From Oligoflexus sp. (GTDB taxonomy: Bacteria; Bdellovibrionota_B; Oligoflexia; Oligoflexales; Oligoflexaceae): a stretch of 31,843 nt of DNA. Positions 11,161 to 21,106 of the stretch are shown here, in pieces. The stretch's first letter is position 1. Each line of letters opens with the position of its first letter. Made by a program: the position numbers and the translations under genes. Under the pieces are notes generated by a model. That model was given only the letters and a program-made list of their open reading frames with translations, ran no database searches and was not told the DNA's origin. The DNA lies in NCBI GenBank assembly GCA_041736305.1, contig JBGSTX010000333.1, positions 1 through 31,843 of the forward strand, in the 5' to 3' direction.

Positions 11161-12498
11161 GTGGAGTCGATTGCGTTCGAGGTCGTCATTATTTTGGTCT
11201 TGATCGTTATCAATGGATTTCTTTCGCTCTCTGAAATGGCTATCGTCTCTTCAAACAAGGTTCGTCTGCAATCTTTCGCCAATCAAGGTAAGCCGGGGGC
11301 GCGTACAGCCCTCAATCTTATCGAGTCCCCGTCTGATCTCCTGGCCTCGGTACAGGTAGGAATAACTTTGGTCGGAGTTTTAGTCGGAGCTTTCGGTGGC
11401 TCGACGATTTCCAAGAAGGTAGCGGGTGGGATCACTGAAAACCTGCCTTTTCTCGCCGAATACGCTAATGGAATCGGTCTCGGAATGGTCGTTATCATAT
11501 CGTCCTATCTTTCGCTCATTCTCGGTGAGCTTGTTCCCAAACGTTTGGCTCTTACCAATCCCGAGCTGATGGCGACCAGGGTCGCGCCTCCTATTCGCGT
11601 CCTTTCCATGATTTCTCGCCCTTTCGTGCGCTTTCTCTCATTTTCGACTGAGTTTTTTTTAAAGATTCTCAATCTCGATAAAGTGAGTGAAAATCAGGTT
11701 ACGGAAGATGAGGTCAAGCTCCTGGTCGAACAAGGCACGGAGGCGGGAGTTTTCGAGCAGGGTGAGGAGACGATCATCAAGCGAACTCTGCGCCTTGGCA
11801 GTCTCTCAGCAGGCGATATCATGACGCCACGGACCAAAATCATCAGCTTCGATATCAACGATTCTTTCGATTTGATCCTAGAAAGAGTCAAGGGTACGAA
11901 GCACACCTACTTTCCGGTTTACGATGGGCAGGTCGATAATCTCATCGGCCTTTTATCTGCTAAGCGCATGCTTTATTTCATGGCTCAACCTGAAGGCCAG
12001 TGGGACATTAGGCAATCTATGATCGAGCCCTTGATGATACCTGAGTCAGGCTCGGTGCTCGACGTGTTGGAAAGCTTCAAAGAAAAAGGCGCTCACGTCG
12101 CCATCGTGATCGATGAGTACGGTGGTCTCGCTGGTCTGGTCACGATCATCGATATGATGGAAGCGCTCGTCGGTGCTCTGCCACACGATGCCGGAAGCCA
12201 GAGCCACAAGTTGGTTAGGCGTGATGACGGCAGCATACTCATGGATGGTATGACCTCGGTCCATGAGTTCGAGGAGATCTTTGAAGTGGATTTCGCCACT
12301 TTTACGGAGGGGGAGGATATACAGACCATTGCTGGCCTGATTATGAAGCAGATGGGCCGCATTCCTCGCGAAGGCGACGTAATCCTACTCGATCACCTGC
12401 GCATTGAGGTTGTAGATATGGATGGAAGGCGCGTTGACAAGATCCTGGTCCATCAGGCCCCTGCCGATAGTCGGGGCCACGAGCCCGATGATGGATGA
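11161..12498 (+). CDS. Hemolysin-family/CNNM protein (DUF21-CBS pair-CorC_HlyC)
   Basis: NGFLSLSEMAIVS, GELVPK, IMTPR, IDEYGG and C-terminal transporter-associated domain. Confidence 0.92.
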   Translation: MESIAFEVVIILVLIVINGFLSLSEMAIVSSNKVRLQSFANQGKPGARTALNLIESPSDLLASVQVGITLVGVLVGAFGGSTISKKVAGGITENLPFLAEYANGIGLGMVVIISSYLSLILGELVPKRLALTNPELMATRVAPPIRVLSMISRPFVRFLSFSTEFFLKILNLDKVSENQVTEDEVKLLVEQGTEAGVFEQGEETIIKRTLRLGSLSAGDIMTPRTKIISFDINDSFDLILERVKGTKHTYFPVYDGQVDNLIGLLSAKRMLYFMAQPEGQWDIRQSMIEPLMIPESGSVLDVLESFKEKGAHVAIVIDEYGGLAGLVTIIDMMEALVGALPHDAGSQSHKLVRRDDGSILMDGMTSVHEFEEIFEVDFATFTEGEDIQTIAGLIMKQMGRIPREGDVILLDHLRIEVVDMDGRRVDKILVHQAPADSRGHEPDDG

Positions 12499-12509
12499 AG
12501 GACGCTGGT

Positions 12510-12875
12510 TTAAGCCTGCTTCTGCTTCTGCTTCTGCTTCTGTGTCTTCGTTTTTGCTTTATTTTGCTTCTTTTCTAGCCTTTTCTGCTTGAACTTCTGG
12601 CGCCATTCCTCGAGCAGGCAGATTCCGAAAAGAAGGGGTGCTCCGATCAGGAGTATCCATACCAGGGCTTTATCGTCGAGAAAGACTTCGGCGATCGCGA
12701 GGGATCCGAAAAAAGGTATGAAGAGACAGCTAGCAAAACGGTTCATGTGGTACCAGTTGCTGGGGCTCTTCCTGGCAAAGCTTGTAACATAGCCGAATAT
12801 CGGATTGGGACCTATTCTGCCCAAGAAGAGCGGAACGCATAAGACGGCAAAGACGAACATGATAGTGCCGATCAT
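12510..12875 (-). CDS. SdpI-family membrane protein
   Basis: TM-(GRIGPNPIFGY..S.SNWYHMNRFAS)-TM-TM resembles the SdpI PN..G.R...W..AN motif. Start placed at ATG 12875 (AGAGG upstream). Confidence 0.65.
   Translation of the reverse strand: MIGTIMFVFAVLCVPLFLGRIGPNPIFGYVTSFARKSPSNWYHMNRFASCLFIPFFGSLAIAEVFLDDKALVWILLIGAPLLFGICLLEEWRQKFKQKRLEKKQNKAKTKTQKQKQKQKQA
12516..12542. repeat. Hexamer tandem repeat (CTGCTT)x4.5 encoding a QKQKQKQKQ tail
   Basis: Read directly in the sequence. Confidence 0.85.
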
Positions 12876-13088
12876 CCTGGGATACCTCTTAGGTGTGAAG
12901 GAGTAGCTTCCAGTATGCACAGCGTCCGGCCCGCGGTCTAGAGTATCGGCGCCAAAGTCCATTAATTGCTGCTACTTATATGCAGGGAGCTCGAGCTAAC
13001 CAAAGCTTCCGCAGCCCTTCGGAGCTAAAAGGCATGAGGAGAAGGGATATGGCTCAGGGCCGGCATTTGCGAAATACTCCGCGCAGAT

Positions 13089-14582
13089 TCACGCACTCAC
13101 CATCTCAATAAGCCAAGCCAAGGTTTTCTTGATTTGAAATCTATCGAGGCTAGTCCATCGATCCGAACAGCCCCGACGTTCTTCAACCCATGTGGCAAAA
13201 GATTGGCGAGGATGCATGCGGGGGACCTCGTCCTCTATTATGACTAGCTTGTCTGGTTTTCCAGCCCAGCTTATGAATTGGGTGACCTCTGGCTTATAGC
13301 CGATTATCGAGTACGTCCAACGTGAGGCCTCGTCGCTATATTCTGTTTGAGCTAGCAGAAGCCCGCCGATTGCTGCTGGCCAATCGCTTAATTCAGAAAA
13401 ATCATCAGAACATCGCTCAGACGAAAAAAGCGCCATGTTCTTATGCGAAGCCCGCGTTCCCATGAAGCTCGCGATGATGCTTTCTTGCGGACAGCGGCCT
13501 ATACTCGCGATTCGGCCGTTTACGATGAAGGTCAACCCGCAAAGATTTAAAAAACTTAGCAATTTATCTCTTGCAGGGTTCGCAATCTGAAGCCCATCGC
13601 TCTTCCAGTGAATATGGCGGGCAAGATCAGTGAACACCTCGTCGGCTTTGGTGCGCCAGTGGTTCTCCTCGAGTATCTGAATCGTTCGCAAGGTGATGGA
13701 GAAATTTTGAACGGATTCGATCGCTAGCATCCGCTGCTGAAAAGAAGGGACCAGATGGGTATAGTTGTGGCAGGCAATAAGTCCCCAAAGGCGATCATCA
13801 GCCATAATAGGAAGCGACAGGGAAGACGTGACTCCCATATTGCGCAAGTATTCCAAATGAACTGGAGACACGCTCCGTAAATAAGAATGCGTGAGGTCGA
13901 GAGTGTGCCCTGGATCTGATAGGATGCGGACTGGCGTCTCGTCACTCCGCCCTACCAAGCGGCAGAGAGTCTTCGCGTAAAGATCGCGCGCATTTCTCGG
14001 GATGTCAGATGCAGGAAACCGGTGACCGAGATAGCGAGGGCCCTGGCCACCCTGGAACTCAGTGACAACCTCCCCACTGAAATCCTCGAGGAATTGGTAG
14101 ACCATAATATGATCAAAATTTATGATCCTTTTTAAGGATCTAAGTAGCTCGGCATAAGCACTTTCCAGATTTCTCGGCTGATCCCCGGAGTGCGCGTGGG
14201 ATGGGTCGCGTGGAAGGATAAGGGGACGCAGGGAAGGCGGATTCGGCTCGAACTCGACAAAGGCACCTTCAGCATGCACGATCACGGTCGCGGTCCAAAC
14301 TTCGTCTCCTCGTCTCCAAGTACCGAGAAGCGTGGGAACTAGCATGAAGGCATTTTTTAGAATGTATTCAAAGTCCTGTAGATTCTGAAAGATGCTTATA
14401 AAACGCTTCTTAAGGAGGCTTCGAGGATCGAAACCGAGACGAGTCACATTTTCGCTGAAAGCCACAATTATCTGAGCGGCATCGATGGCTACCAAAACGC
14501 CATGCGACTGAATAGAAGCGGTGTAGCGGAGTTCTTCCTGCTCGCAAGAGGCAAAAGGATCGTTAGTCTCTGGCCTTGTCAT
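13089..14582 (-). CDS. Bacteriophytochrome photosensory core (PAS-GAF-PHY) without output domain
   Basis: N-terminal chromophore Cys (SCEQEE..SIQSHG), FPASDIP, LRSVSPVHLEYLRNMGV, LWGLIACH, tongue motifs WAG, PRQSF and WxE. The protein ends about 35 aa after PRQSF. Confidence 0.9.
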   Translation of the reverse strand: MTRPETNDPFASCEQEELRYTASIQSHGVLVAIDAAQIIVAFSENVTRLGFDPRSLLKKRFISIFQNLQDFEYILKNAFMLVPTLLGTWRRGDEVWTATVIVHAEGAFVEFEPNPPSLRPLILPRDPSHAHSGDQPRNLESAYAELLRSLKRIINFDHIMVYQFLEDFSGEVVTEFQGGQGPRYLGHRFPASDIPRNARDLYAKTLCRLVGRSDETPVRILSDPGHTLDLTHSYLRSVSPVHLEYLRNMGVTSSLSLPIMADDRLWGLIACHNYTHLVPSFQQRMLAIESVQNFSITLRTIQILEENHWRTKADEVFTDLARHIHWKSDGLQIANPARDKLLSFLNLCGLTFIVNGRIASIGRCPQESIIASFMGTRASHKNMALFSSERCSDDFSELSDWPAAIGGLLLAQTEYSDEASRWTYSIIGYKPEVTQFISWAGKPDKLVIIEDEVPRMHPRQSFATWVEERRGCSDRWTSLDRFQIKKTLAWLIEMVSA

Positions 14583-14809
14583 AACGTACCCAGCAAACTT
14601 TTAAGTTAAACGCGCTGATGCTCTTGAGCTTTGCAAACTTCCATTCGTCCTATTAATGGAAGCGTTTACATCGCAGTACATCAGACTGTCTAGCGAATAA
14701 GACTGAGACCGGAATTTTTGTCGATCGAGACACCTCGCTCTTTTTTCGAAATAAACTTATATAATGCCTGTTGATTGAGATACAAAGTTTCTCCTTTTTG
14801 GAGAGCTGC

Positions 14810-16759
14810 ATGACAAACAAGCATGCCCTCGTAAAAATTGAGCTGGATCAAAACCAAATAGATGATTTTGTAAGCCAAATGACTAAAGCCTTTCCCGATT
14901 TAAAGCTTAATTTAGCCATCTCTGAAGTCCAAGAAGTGGCGCAACTGCATTCCCCATCTTGCCAGAGAATTTTTTCCGCAGTCGGGTCGGAAAGCTCATG
15001 CCGCTTAGGATTATTGAAAGGTACGGGCCCCCTAACAATTTGTAGGTCGAATAGTTTGGATACGAGGAAGTCAAGCTTGCCCTGTGCTCTGCATTCACAG
15101 GATGACGGAGGCCGAAAGGCGACGATAGATAAATTGCAAAAGGATAATCGTGAACTGATGACGCAACTGGTCATACAGTCCGATTTCAATCGCTGCCTTC
15201 TGGACATGAGTAACGATGCAATTTTGTCATGCGCTAGCGATTTTATGATAGAAGCTGCTAACCGCGCAGCCTATCGCCTGTTCGAAATGCATGAAGATGA
15301 ACTGATTGGACATAACTTGACAGAATTTCTGGCAGGTAAAGAAGAGCTTGCGCGATTTATGAGAGTCTGTCAGAAAGCGGCCTTGTCGGAATCTAACATT
15401 GTTGCGAGTGAACGTACGTTCCCGTTTGAGACACCCAATAGCGCTTTGAAATACGTAGAAATTGGTTTTAAACAGTATTTTAAGTACCAAAGGCCCTATT
15501 ACGTTCTAGTGCTGAAAGATTGCACAATAGAAAAGCGCAGGGAGTCCGAGCTTTTTGCCAATATCGCAGCCAAGCAAATCGCCGAGAATGCCAATCAGTC
15601 AAAGAGCCTTTTTTTAGCGAATATGAGTCACGAAATTCGCACCCCGCTGAACGCAATTCTCGGATTTATGGAGCTTTTACTCGAAAATCGTCAGGATGCA
15701 GGTCGTTGCGAAAATTACGCAAAGACCATTCGTCAAAACTCGCGTCTCCTCTTGCAGATCGTTAACGATATACTTGATCTGTCGAAAGTCGAAGCTGGCA
15801 AGCTCGATATATGCTTGGCTCCTTGTTCCCTGCCCAGAGTGCTTTCGGATATCCGAGAGATTTTCCTAGCCAAGTCGATAGAAAAAGGCATCCGTTTTCG
15901 CATTGAAGTGAATGAAAACGTGCCTGAGTTTTTTGAAATAGATGAAATGCGGCTTGAACAGATACTCATTAATCTCATCAGTAATAGTATGAAGTTCACG
16001 AGCCGGGGGTCGATCCTCTTGGGGGTTAATAGTGGCTCCGATCAAGAGACTTCTCAGCCTGTCCTGCGTTTCGAAGTGAAAGATACGGGGAGGGGTATAA
16101 GCACGGAGGCCAAAAGCACGCTTTTTCAGGCTTTTGCGCAGGGCGATATATCCCCTGTTCGGAAAGGCTTGGGGGGAACCGGCTTGGGTCTCTTGCTGTC
16201 TCGAAGATTGGCGGAGGCCCTGCACGGTAGCTTGGATTTGCTGTGGAGCGAAGTCGACCGGGGATCTATCTTTGAACTTAAGATAAGAGCTGAAAAGATG
16301 AGTGGTCGCTACCACAAGGCTCATAGCCCGGAGGAAGCAGTAGAACCCCACTATTTTGCGAAAAAGCTCACAGATGCGCCCTTCCATGGGCTTAGATTTC
16401 TCGTGGTCGACGACTCTGAAGACAACCGCGAATTGCTAGGTTTTTTTCTTAGCTGCAACGGTGGAGAAGTTACTTTTGCTGTTAATGGACAGGAGGCCAT
16501 TGAACAGGTGCGAAATTCACCTGTTGATTTTATATTTATGGATCTGCAAATGCCTGTGATGGACGGCCTCGTCGCGACCCGAAAGCTTAGAGAATCTGGC
16601 TATAGACGTACTATCTTCGCTCTATCGGCTGCGACTATGCAAGAGCAGAGGCAGGCAGCCATTGATGCAGGTTTTGACGAGCACCTGTCGAAGCCGATTG
16701 ATATGGGACGCATCATCCAAATGGTTCAGCTTTTTGAAGCAGATCGTATAGCGCCATGA
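14810..16759 (+). CDS. Hybrid sensor histidine kinase (PAS-HisKA-HATPase-REC)
   Basis: FLANMSHEIRTPLN, QILINLISNSMKFT, DTGRG and GGTGLGL; receiver LVVDD, MDLQMPVMDG and KP. Start placed at ATG 14810. Confidence 0.93.
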   Translation: MTNKHALVKIELDQNQIDDFVSQMTKAFPDLKLNLAISEVQEVAQLHSPSCQRIFSAVGSESSCRLGLLKGTGPLTICRSNSLDTRKSSLPCALHSQDDGGRKATIDKLQKDNRELMTQLVIQSDFNRCLLDMSNDAILSCASDFMIEAANRAAYRLFEMHEDELIGHNLTEFLAGKEELARFMRVCQKAALSESNIVASERTFPFETPNSALKYVEIGFKQYFKYQRPYYVLVLKDCTIEKRRESELFANIAAKQIAENANQSKSLFLANMSHEIRTPLNAILGFMELLLENRQDAGRCENYAKTIRQNSRLLLQIVNDILDLSKVEAGKLDICLAPCSLPRVLSDIREIFLAKSIEKGIRFRIEVNENVPEFFEIDEMRLEQILINLISNSMKFTSRGSILLGVNSGSDQETSQPVLRFEVKDTGRGISTEAKSTLFQAFAQGDISPVRKGLGGTGLGLLLSRRLAEALHGSLDLLWSEVDRGSIFELKIRAEKMSGRYHKAHSPEEAVEPHYFAKKLTDAPFHGLRFLVVDDSEDNRELLGFFLSCNGGEVTFAVNGQEAIEQVRNSPVDFIFMDLQMPVMDGLVATRKLRESGYRRTIFALSAATMQEQRQAAIDAGFDEHLSKPIDMGRIIQMVQLFEADRIAP

Positions 16760-17007
16760 TGGCGCCTTTAGCGCTCTCGCTCGCTATGTTGCCACTCTGA
16801 GCTAGCGCCCGGCAGTATTTCACCTTCCTTCCTCTGTCATGCAAGTCCTTGCGTCCGACTTCCATAGTGCGTCCCCGTTCTGAAGCAGGTAAACTAGGGC
16901 GCATCGCGTCCAGGCTCTTTGACCGCCTGTTATCCGCTGCTGACGTGGCCCTGATTCAAGAGATAGAAGCGGCCCCTAAGCTTTACGAGCAAGGAATATT
17001 TTGTCGT

Positions 17008-19686
17008 ATGAAAGTTGCAGAGATTCGCACCCGCTTTTTGAAATTTTTCGAGAGTCACTCCCATACGATAGTCGAGAGTTCGACCCTCGTTCCTCATAAC
17101 GACCCCACGCTCCTTTTCACCAATGCGGGCATGGTTCAATTCAAAGACGTTTTTCTGGGCAAGGATCAACGTTCTTATAAAAGGGCGGTATCCGTCCAGA
17201 AGTGCGTTCGCGCAGGCGGCAAGCACAACGACTTAGAAAACGTCGGATTCACGGCGCGGCATCATACGTTTTTCGAAATGCTCGGTAACTTTTCCTTCGG
17301 CGACTACTTCAAGGAGGAGGCCATTCGCCTCGCCTGGGCCTTTATCACCCAAGAGCTGAAGTTGCCCAAGGACCTGCTCTATGTAACGACCTACAAAGAC
17401 GACGATGAAGCGGCTGCGATCTGGCGGGACAAAGTCGGCGTCGCTCCCGAGCGGATTTTTCGCTTCGGCGAAAAGGATAACTTCTGGTCGATGGGTGATA
17501 CGGGTCCTTGCGGACCTTGCACTGAGATTTTTGTCGATAGGGGCCTCAAATACAGCTGCGGCAAACCTGACTGTAAGGTCGGCTGCGACTGCGATCGCTT
17601 TATGGAAATCTGGAACCTTGTTTTCATGCAGTACGATCGCAGCGCCGACGGCACTATGAAAGCTCTGCCGAAACCCTCGGTCGATACCGGGATGGGGCTT
17701 GAGCGCGTCGCGTCCTTTCTACAAGGAACGGCGACCAACTATGAGATTGACACCTTCCTCAGCATTTTACGCAGTACAGCAGAGCTCGTCGGTAGAAGCT
17801 ATGAACCTGAGGCCAAGGATAATTTCCCTTATCGGGTGATTGCCGACCATGCGCGAGCAACGACCTTTCTGATTGGGGATGGCGTGCTGCCATCCAATGA
17901 AGGCCGCGGCTATGTTCTACGCCGCATCATTCGTCGGGCTATTCGCTTTGGCAAAAAGATTGGCCTCGATAAGCCCTTTCTCTACAAAGTCTGTGGCTTT
18001 GTTATTGAGCAGATGGGGGATGCCTACCCGGATATCAGAGGCAAGGCTGCTTTCATCGCCCGTGCCGTGCAAGCCGAGGAAGAGCAATTTTTCAAGACGC
18101 TCGAACGCGGCCTGAGTCTGCTCGATGAGGAGCTGGCTCGAGTGCGGTCGACTAAGGTCCTCTCCGGAGACGTTGCCTTTAAGCTTTACGATACTTTCGG
18201 CTTTCCCCTGGATCTGACGCGCATCATCGCCAACGAAGAAGGTATATCGGTAGACGAAGCGGCCTTTGAAAAAGCGATGGAAAAGCAGAAAACCCAGTCG
18301 CGGCAGAGCTGGAAAGGCTCCGGCGAAGCCGCGGTCGATCATCTTTTCCACGAAATAGCTTCTGAGCTGCGTGAAAAAGGTCAGTCCGTAAGCTTCACGG
18401 GCTACAACGACATGCATACCACGGGACGCTGCCTGGCGATCATTCAGGACAACGCCGGTGAAAAAGTCCGCTGTGAATCGGCTCTAGCTCACCCCGAGGC
18501 AAAGCTGCTCGCGGTCTTTGATTCGACGCCCTTTTACGGTGAAAGTGGGGGCCAGGTCGGTGACCAGGGTCGAATTCACAGCCCCGATTTCGAAGGTGAA
18601 GTGATCGATGTACAAAAGCCTATCGACTCGCTGATCGTTTTGCACATTAAGCCCCTCAAAGGCGCCCTTCGCGTCGGTGAATCCTATTCCCAGGAAACCA
18701 ATCTCTACATGCGCCAGCTCACGGCTCGCAACCACACGGCTACGCACATGCTGCACTGGGCACTCCGCGAAGTCCTCGGTGAGCACGTGAAGCAAGCGGG
18801 TTCGCTGGTCAATCCCGACCTGCTCCGCTTCGACTTTAGCCATTTTCAAGCCCTTACAGAAGAAGAGCTGGACAAAATCGAGCTCCTGATCAACGAGCGT
18901 ATCTTCAACAATCAGACGATTACCAAAGTAGAAATGCCGAAAGAAGAAGCCGTCGCCGCCGGAGCTATTGCATTCTTCGGTGAAAAATACGGTGATCGGG
19001 TCAGGGTCGTGAAGGTCGGCGATTTCTCGACTGAACTCTGCGGTGGTACCCACATCGATACAACTGCTGAAATCAGCCTCTTCAAGATAGTCGGCGAAGC
19101 TTCCATTGCGGCCGGAGTCAGGCGTATCGTTGCCTATACTTCCCAAGCGGCTTTCGACTACCTCAAAGCGCGTGAGCACGAATCTCGGCAAGTCAGAGCG
19201 CGGCTGAAGGCTGTTTCAGCTGAGGACGTCACAAGCAAGATCGATAAATTGATGCAGAGTGAGCGAGATTTGAAGAAACAAATAGAAAAGTTTCGTTCTC
19301 AGCAGCTCGCCCTGCAGATTGATTCGATCATCAACAAAGCACCGCTCGTCAAAGAGATCCGCGTGATCACTTTCCTCTGTCCCGAGGACGATCAGGGCAT
19401 CAAGACGCTGCGAGAGCTCAGCGATCAGATTCTGGGAAAATCCCCCTCGAGCGTCGTCGTTCTTGGCATGAGTCAGAGTGAAGCTAAGAAGGCCTATGTA
19501 CTAGTGGCGAAGGGTAAGCAAGCTCCCAAGAGCTTCGAGTCTCACACCCTAGTGCAGTCCCTGGCCACGCTGATCAACGGTAAAGGAGGCGGGAAGGCTG
19601 AATCTGCTCAGGCCGGCGGAGATCGTGTGGACGGCGTGCAAGCCGCTCTCGATAAGGCACGCCAGCTCGTGCCGACAATGCTTTAA
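17008..19686 (+). CDS. alaS: Alanine--tRNA ligase
   Basis: DPTLLFTNAGMVQFK, RHHTFFEMLGNFSFGDYFK, editing motifs HTATH and ELCGGTH, C-Ala GGG. Start at ATG 17008 (MKVAEIR). Confidence 0.98.
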   Translation: MKVAEIRTRFLKFFESHSHTIVESSTLVPHNDPTLLFTNAGMVQFKDVFLGKDQRSYKRAVSVQKCVRAGGKHNDLENVGFTARHHTFFEMLGNFSFGDYFKEEAIRLAWAFITQELKLPKDLLYVTTYKDDDEAAAIWRDKVGVAPERIFRFGEKDNFWSMGDTGPCGPCTEIFVDRGLKYSCGKPDCKVGCDCDRFMEIWNLVFMQYDRSADGTMKALPKPSVDTGMGLERVASFLQGTATNYEIDTFLSILRSTAELVGRSYEPEAKDNFPYRVIADHARATTFLIGDGVLPSNEGRGYVLRRIIRRAIRFGKKIGLDKPFLYKVCGFVIEQMGDAYPDIRGKAAFIARAVQAEEEQFFKTLERGLSLLDEELARVRSTKVLSGDVAFKLYDTFGFPLDLTRIIANEEGISVDEAAFEKAMEKQKTQSRQSWKGSGEAAVDHLFHEIASELREKGQSVSFTGYNDMHTTGRCLAIIQDNAGEKVRCESALAHPEAKLLAVFDSTPFYGESGGQVGDQGRIHSPDFEGEVIDVQKPIDSLIVLHIKPLKGALRVGESYSQETNLYMRQLTARNHTATHMLHWALREVLGEHVKQAGSLVNPDLLRFDFSHFQALTEEELDKIELLINERIFNNQTITKVEMPKEEAVAAGAIAFFGEKYGDRVRVVKVGDFSTELCGGTHIDTTAEISLFKIVGEASIAAGVRRIVAYTSQAAFDYLKAREHESRQVRARLKAVSAEDVTSKIDKLMQSERDLKKQIEKFRSQQLALQIDSIINKAPLVKEIRVITFLCPEDDQGIKTLRELSDQILGKSPSSVVVLGMSQSEAKKAYVLVAKGKQAPKSFESHTLVQSLATLINGKGGGKAESAQAGGDRVDGVQAALDKARQLVPTML

Positions 19687-19698
19687 GGTGCCTATCAG

Positions 19699-20475
19699 AT
19701 GGAAGACACCGCAAAGTTGATATCGTGGAACGTTAACGGTATACGCGCCGTACTAAAGAAAAACTTTATTGAATTTTTTGAAGCAGAGATGCCCGATATC
19801 CTCTGTCTTCAAGAAACCAAGGCCCTGCCCGAGCAAGTCGATATTGACTTGCCTGGCTATCATTTTTTTTGGAATAGCGCCGTAAAGAAGGGTTATTCAG
19901 GGACCGCAATTTTTACGCGTTTTGCTCCTCAGGCTGCAAGCATTGGCATTGGGATAGATAAGCACGATCAGGAAGGGCGCGTGCTAACGCTAGAGTTTGC
20001 CAAGTTCTTTCTGGTCAACGTCTATACCCCCAATTCGCAGGATGACCTCAGACGACTGAGCTACCGGACCGGCGAGTGGGATATGGAGTTTCTTACTTAT
20101 GTCCAGAAGCTGGAGAAAAGTAAGCCGGTCATCTTCTGCGGTGATCTCAACGTGGCCCACAAGGAAATCGACCTCGCGAATCCTAAGACCAACACCAAGT
20201 CGGCGGGTTTCACTTTGGAAGAACGTGCCAGCTTCGACGCAATCGTTGCCGCAGGTTTTATAGATACTTTCCGGCACTTCAATAAAGAGCCTGAAAACTA
20301 TACCTGGTGGAGCTACAGAACAGCGGCGCGTGAGCGCAATAAGGGTTGGAGGATCGACTATTTCTGTGCTTCCCAGAGCCTGCTGCCCCATCTCAAGAGC
20401 GCCAGCATTCTTCCCCATGTGATGGGTTCCGATCATTGTCCGGTTGCTCTCGAAGTGTCGGGGCTCTTGCCATAG
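19699..20475 (+). CDS. xth: Exodeoxyribonuclease III
   Basis: [26 protein letters not shown] and GSDHCP motifs. Confidence 0.96.
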   Translation: MEDTAKLISWNVNGIRAVLKKNFIEFFEAEMPDILCLQETKALPEQVDIDLPGYHFFWNSAVKKGYSGTAIFTRFAPQAASIGIGIDKHDQEGRVLTLEFAKFFLVNVYTPNSQDDLRRLSYRTGEWDMEFLTYVQKLEKSKPVIFCGDLNVAHKEIDLANPKTNTKSAGFTLEERASFDAIVAAGFIDTFRHFNKEPENYTWWSYRTAARERNKGWRIDYFCASQSLLPHLKSASILPHVMGSDHCPVALEVSGLLP

Positions 20476-20481
20476 AGAATC

Positions 20482-20838
20482 TCACTCGTCGATGTTCTCA
20501 CCCTCCAGAAAAGGCAGCTTCCGCTGCCGCCACGCTTCCATTCCACCCTCTACGTTGTAGAGCTTTTTGTAACCGGCTTCGTGAAGAATCTCACAGGCAG
20601 TGAGCGAGCGCCGACCCGATCGACAGATGACGTAGACAGCCTCGTCGGTATCAGCGTCGATGCGATCGAGCCCTTGTCTCTGCGACAAAATGCTAAGCGG
20701 TAGCAGATGACTGATTGTCGCGTGCAGAGTTCTGTATTCATCGATCTCACGAACGTCGAGAAGATAAGGTTTGCGGTTTTGCTGATGGAGTTCCACTATT
20801 TCTTCGGGGCTTATTCGCCCGCATATGGCTTCATGCAT
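20482..20838 (-). CDS. Rhodanese-like domain protein
   Basis: LLDVRE..EY, ICRSGRRS and NVEGGMEAW motifs. Start ATG 20838 follows AGGAG. Confidence 0.9.
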   Translation of the reverse strand: MHEAICGRISPEEIVELHQQNRKPYLLDVREIDEYRTLHATISHLLPLSILSQRQGLDRIDADTDEAVYVICRSGRRSLTACEILHEAGYKKLYNVEGGMEAWRQRKLPFLEGENIDE

Positions 20839-21106
20839 GATTGTTCTCCTTTTCCTCCCCTTCTTCATAACATGAAGCACAGAGCTAGCTCAAAGCAAGA
20901 ATTTCCCAGCTGGCGCCCAAGTCTCGCAAGCTTTACAGGGTGCGCAGAACCCGTCTATACTGGAAATAAGGCCATAACGCGAGGTTCCTCGCCCATAAAA
21001 GCTGGGCTGACAGCCCAGCTGACGCTGAATCTTTCGAGCTATTCCTAGACGCGATCACACCGCAGCTAGCGGTGGGAATTTATCGTTAACGCACGAGGGA
21101 ACTAAG

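Noticed and set aside
16849-17007. 53-aa N-terminal extension of AlaS given by the track
   Set aside because: AlaS homology begins at MKVAEIR (17008); the extension comes from an upstream TTG.
3758-20436. Long antisense ORFs such as 3758-4456, 6590-7180, 15866-16387, 17917-18417, 18484-19191 and 19990-20436
   Set aside because: They lie opposite well-supported genes and have no recognisable motifs.
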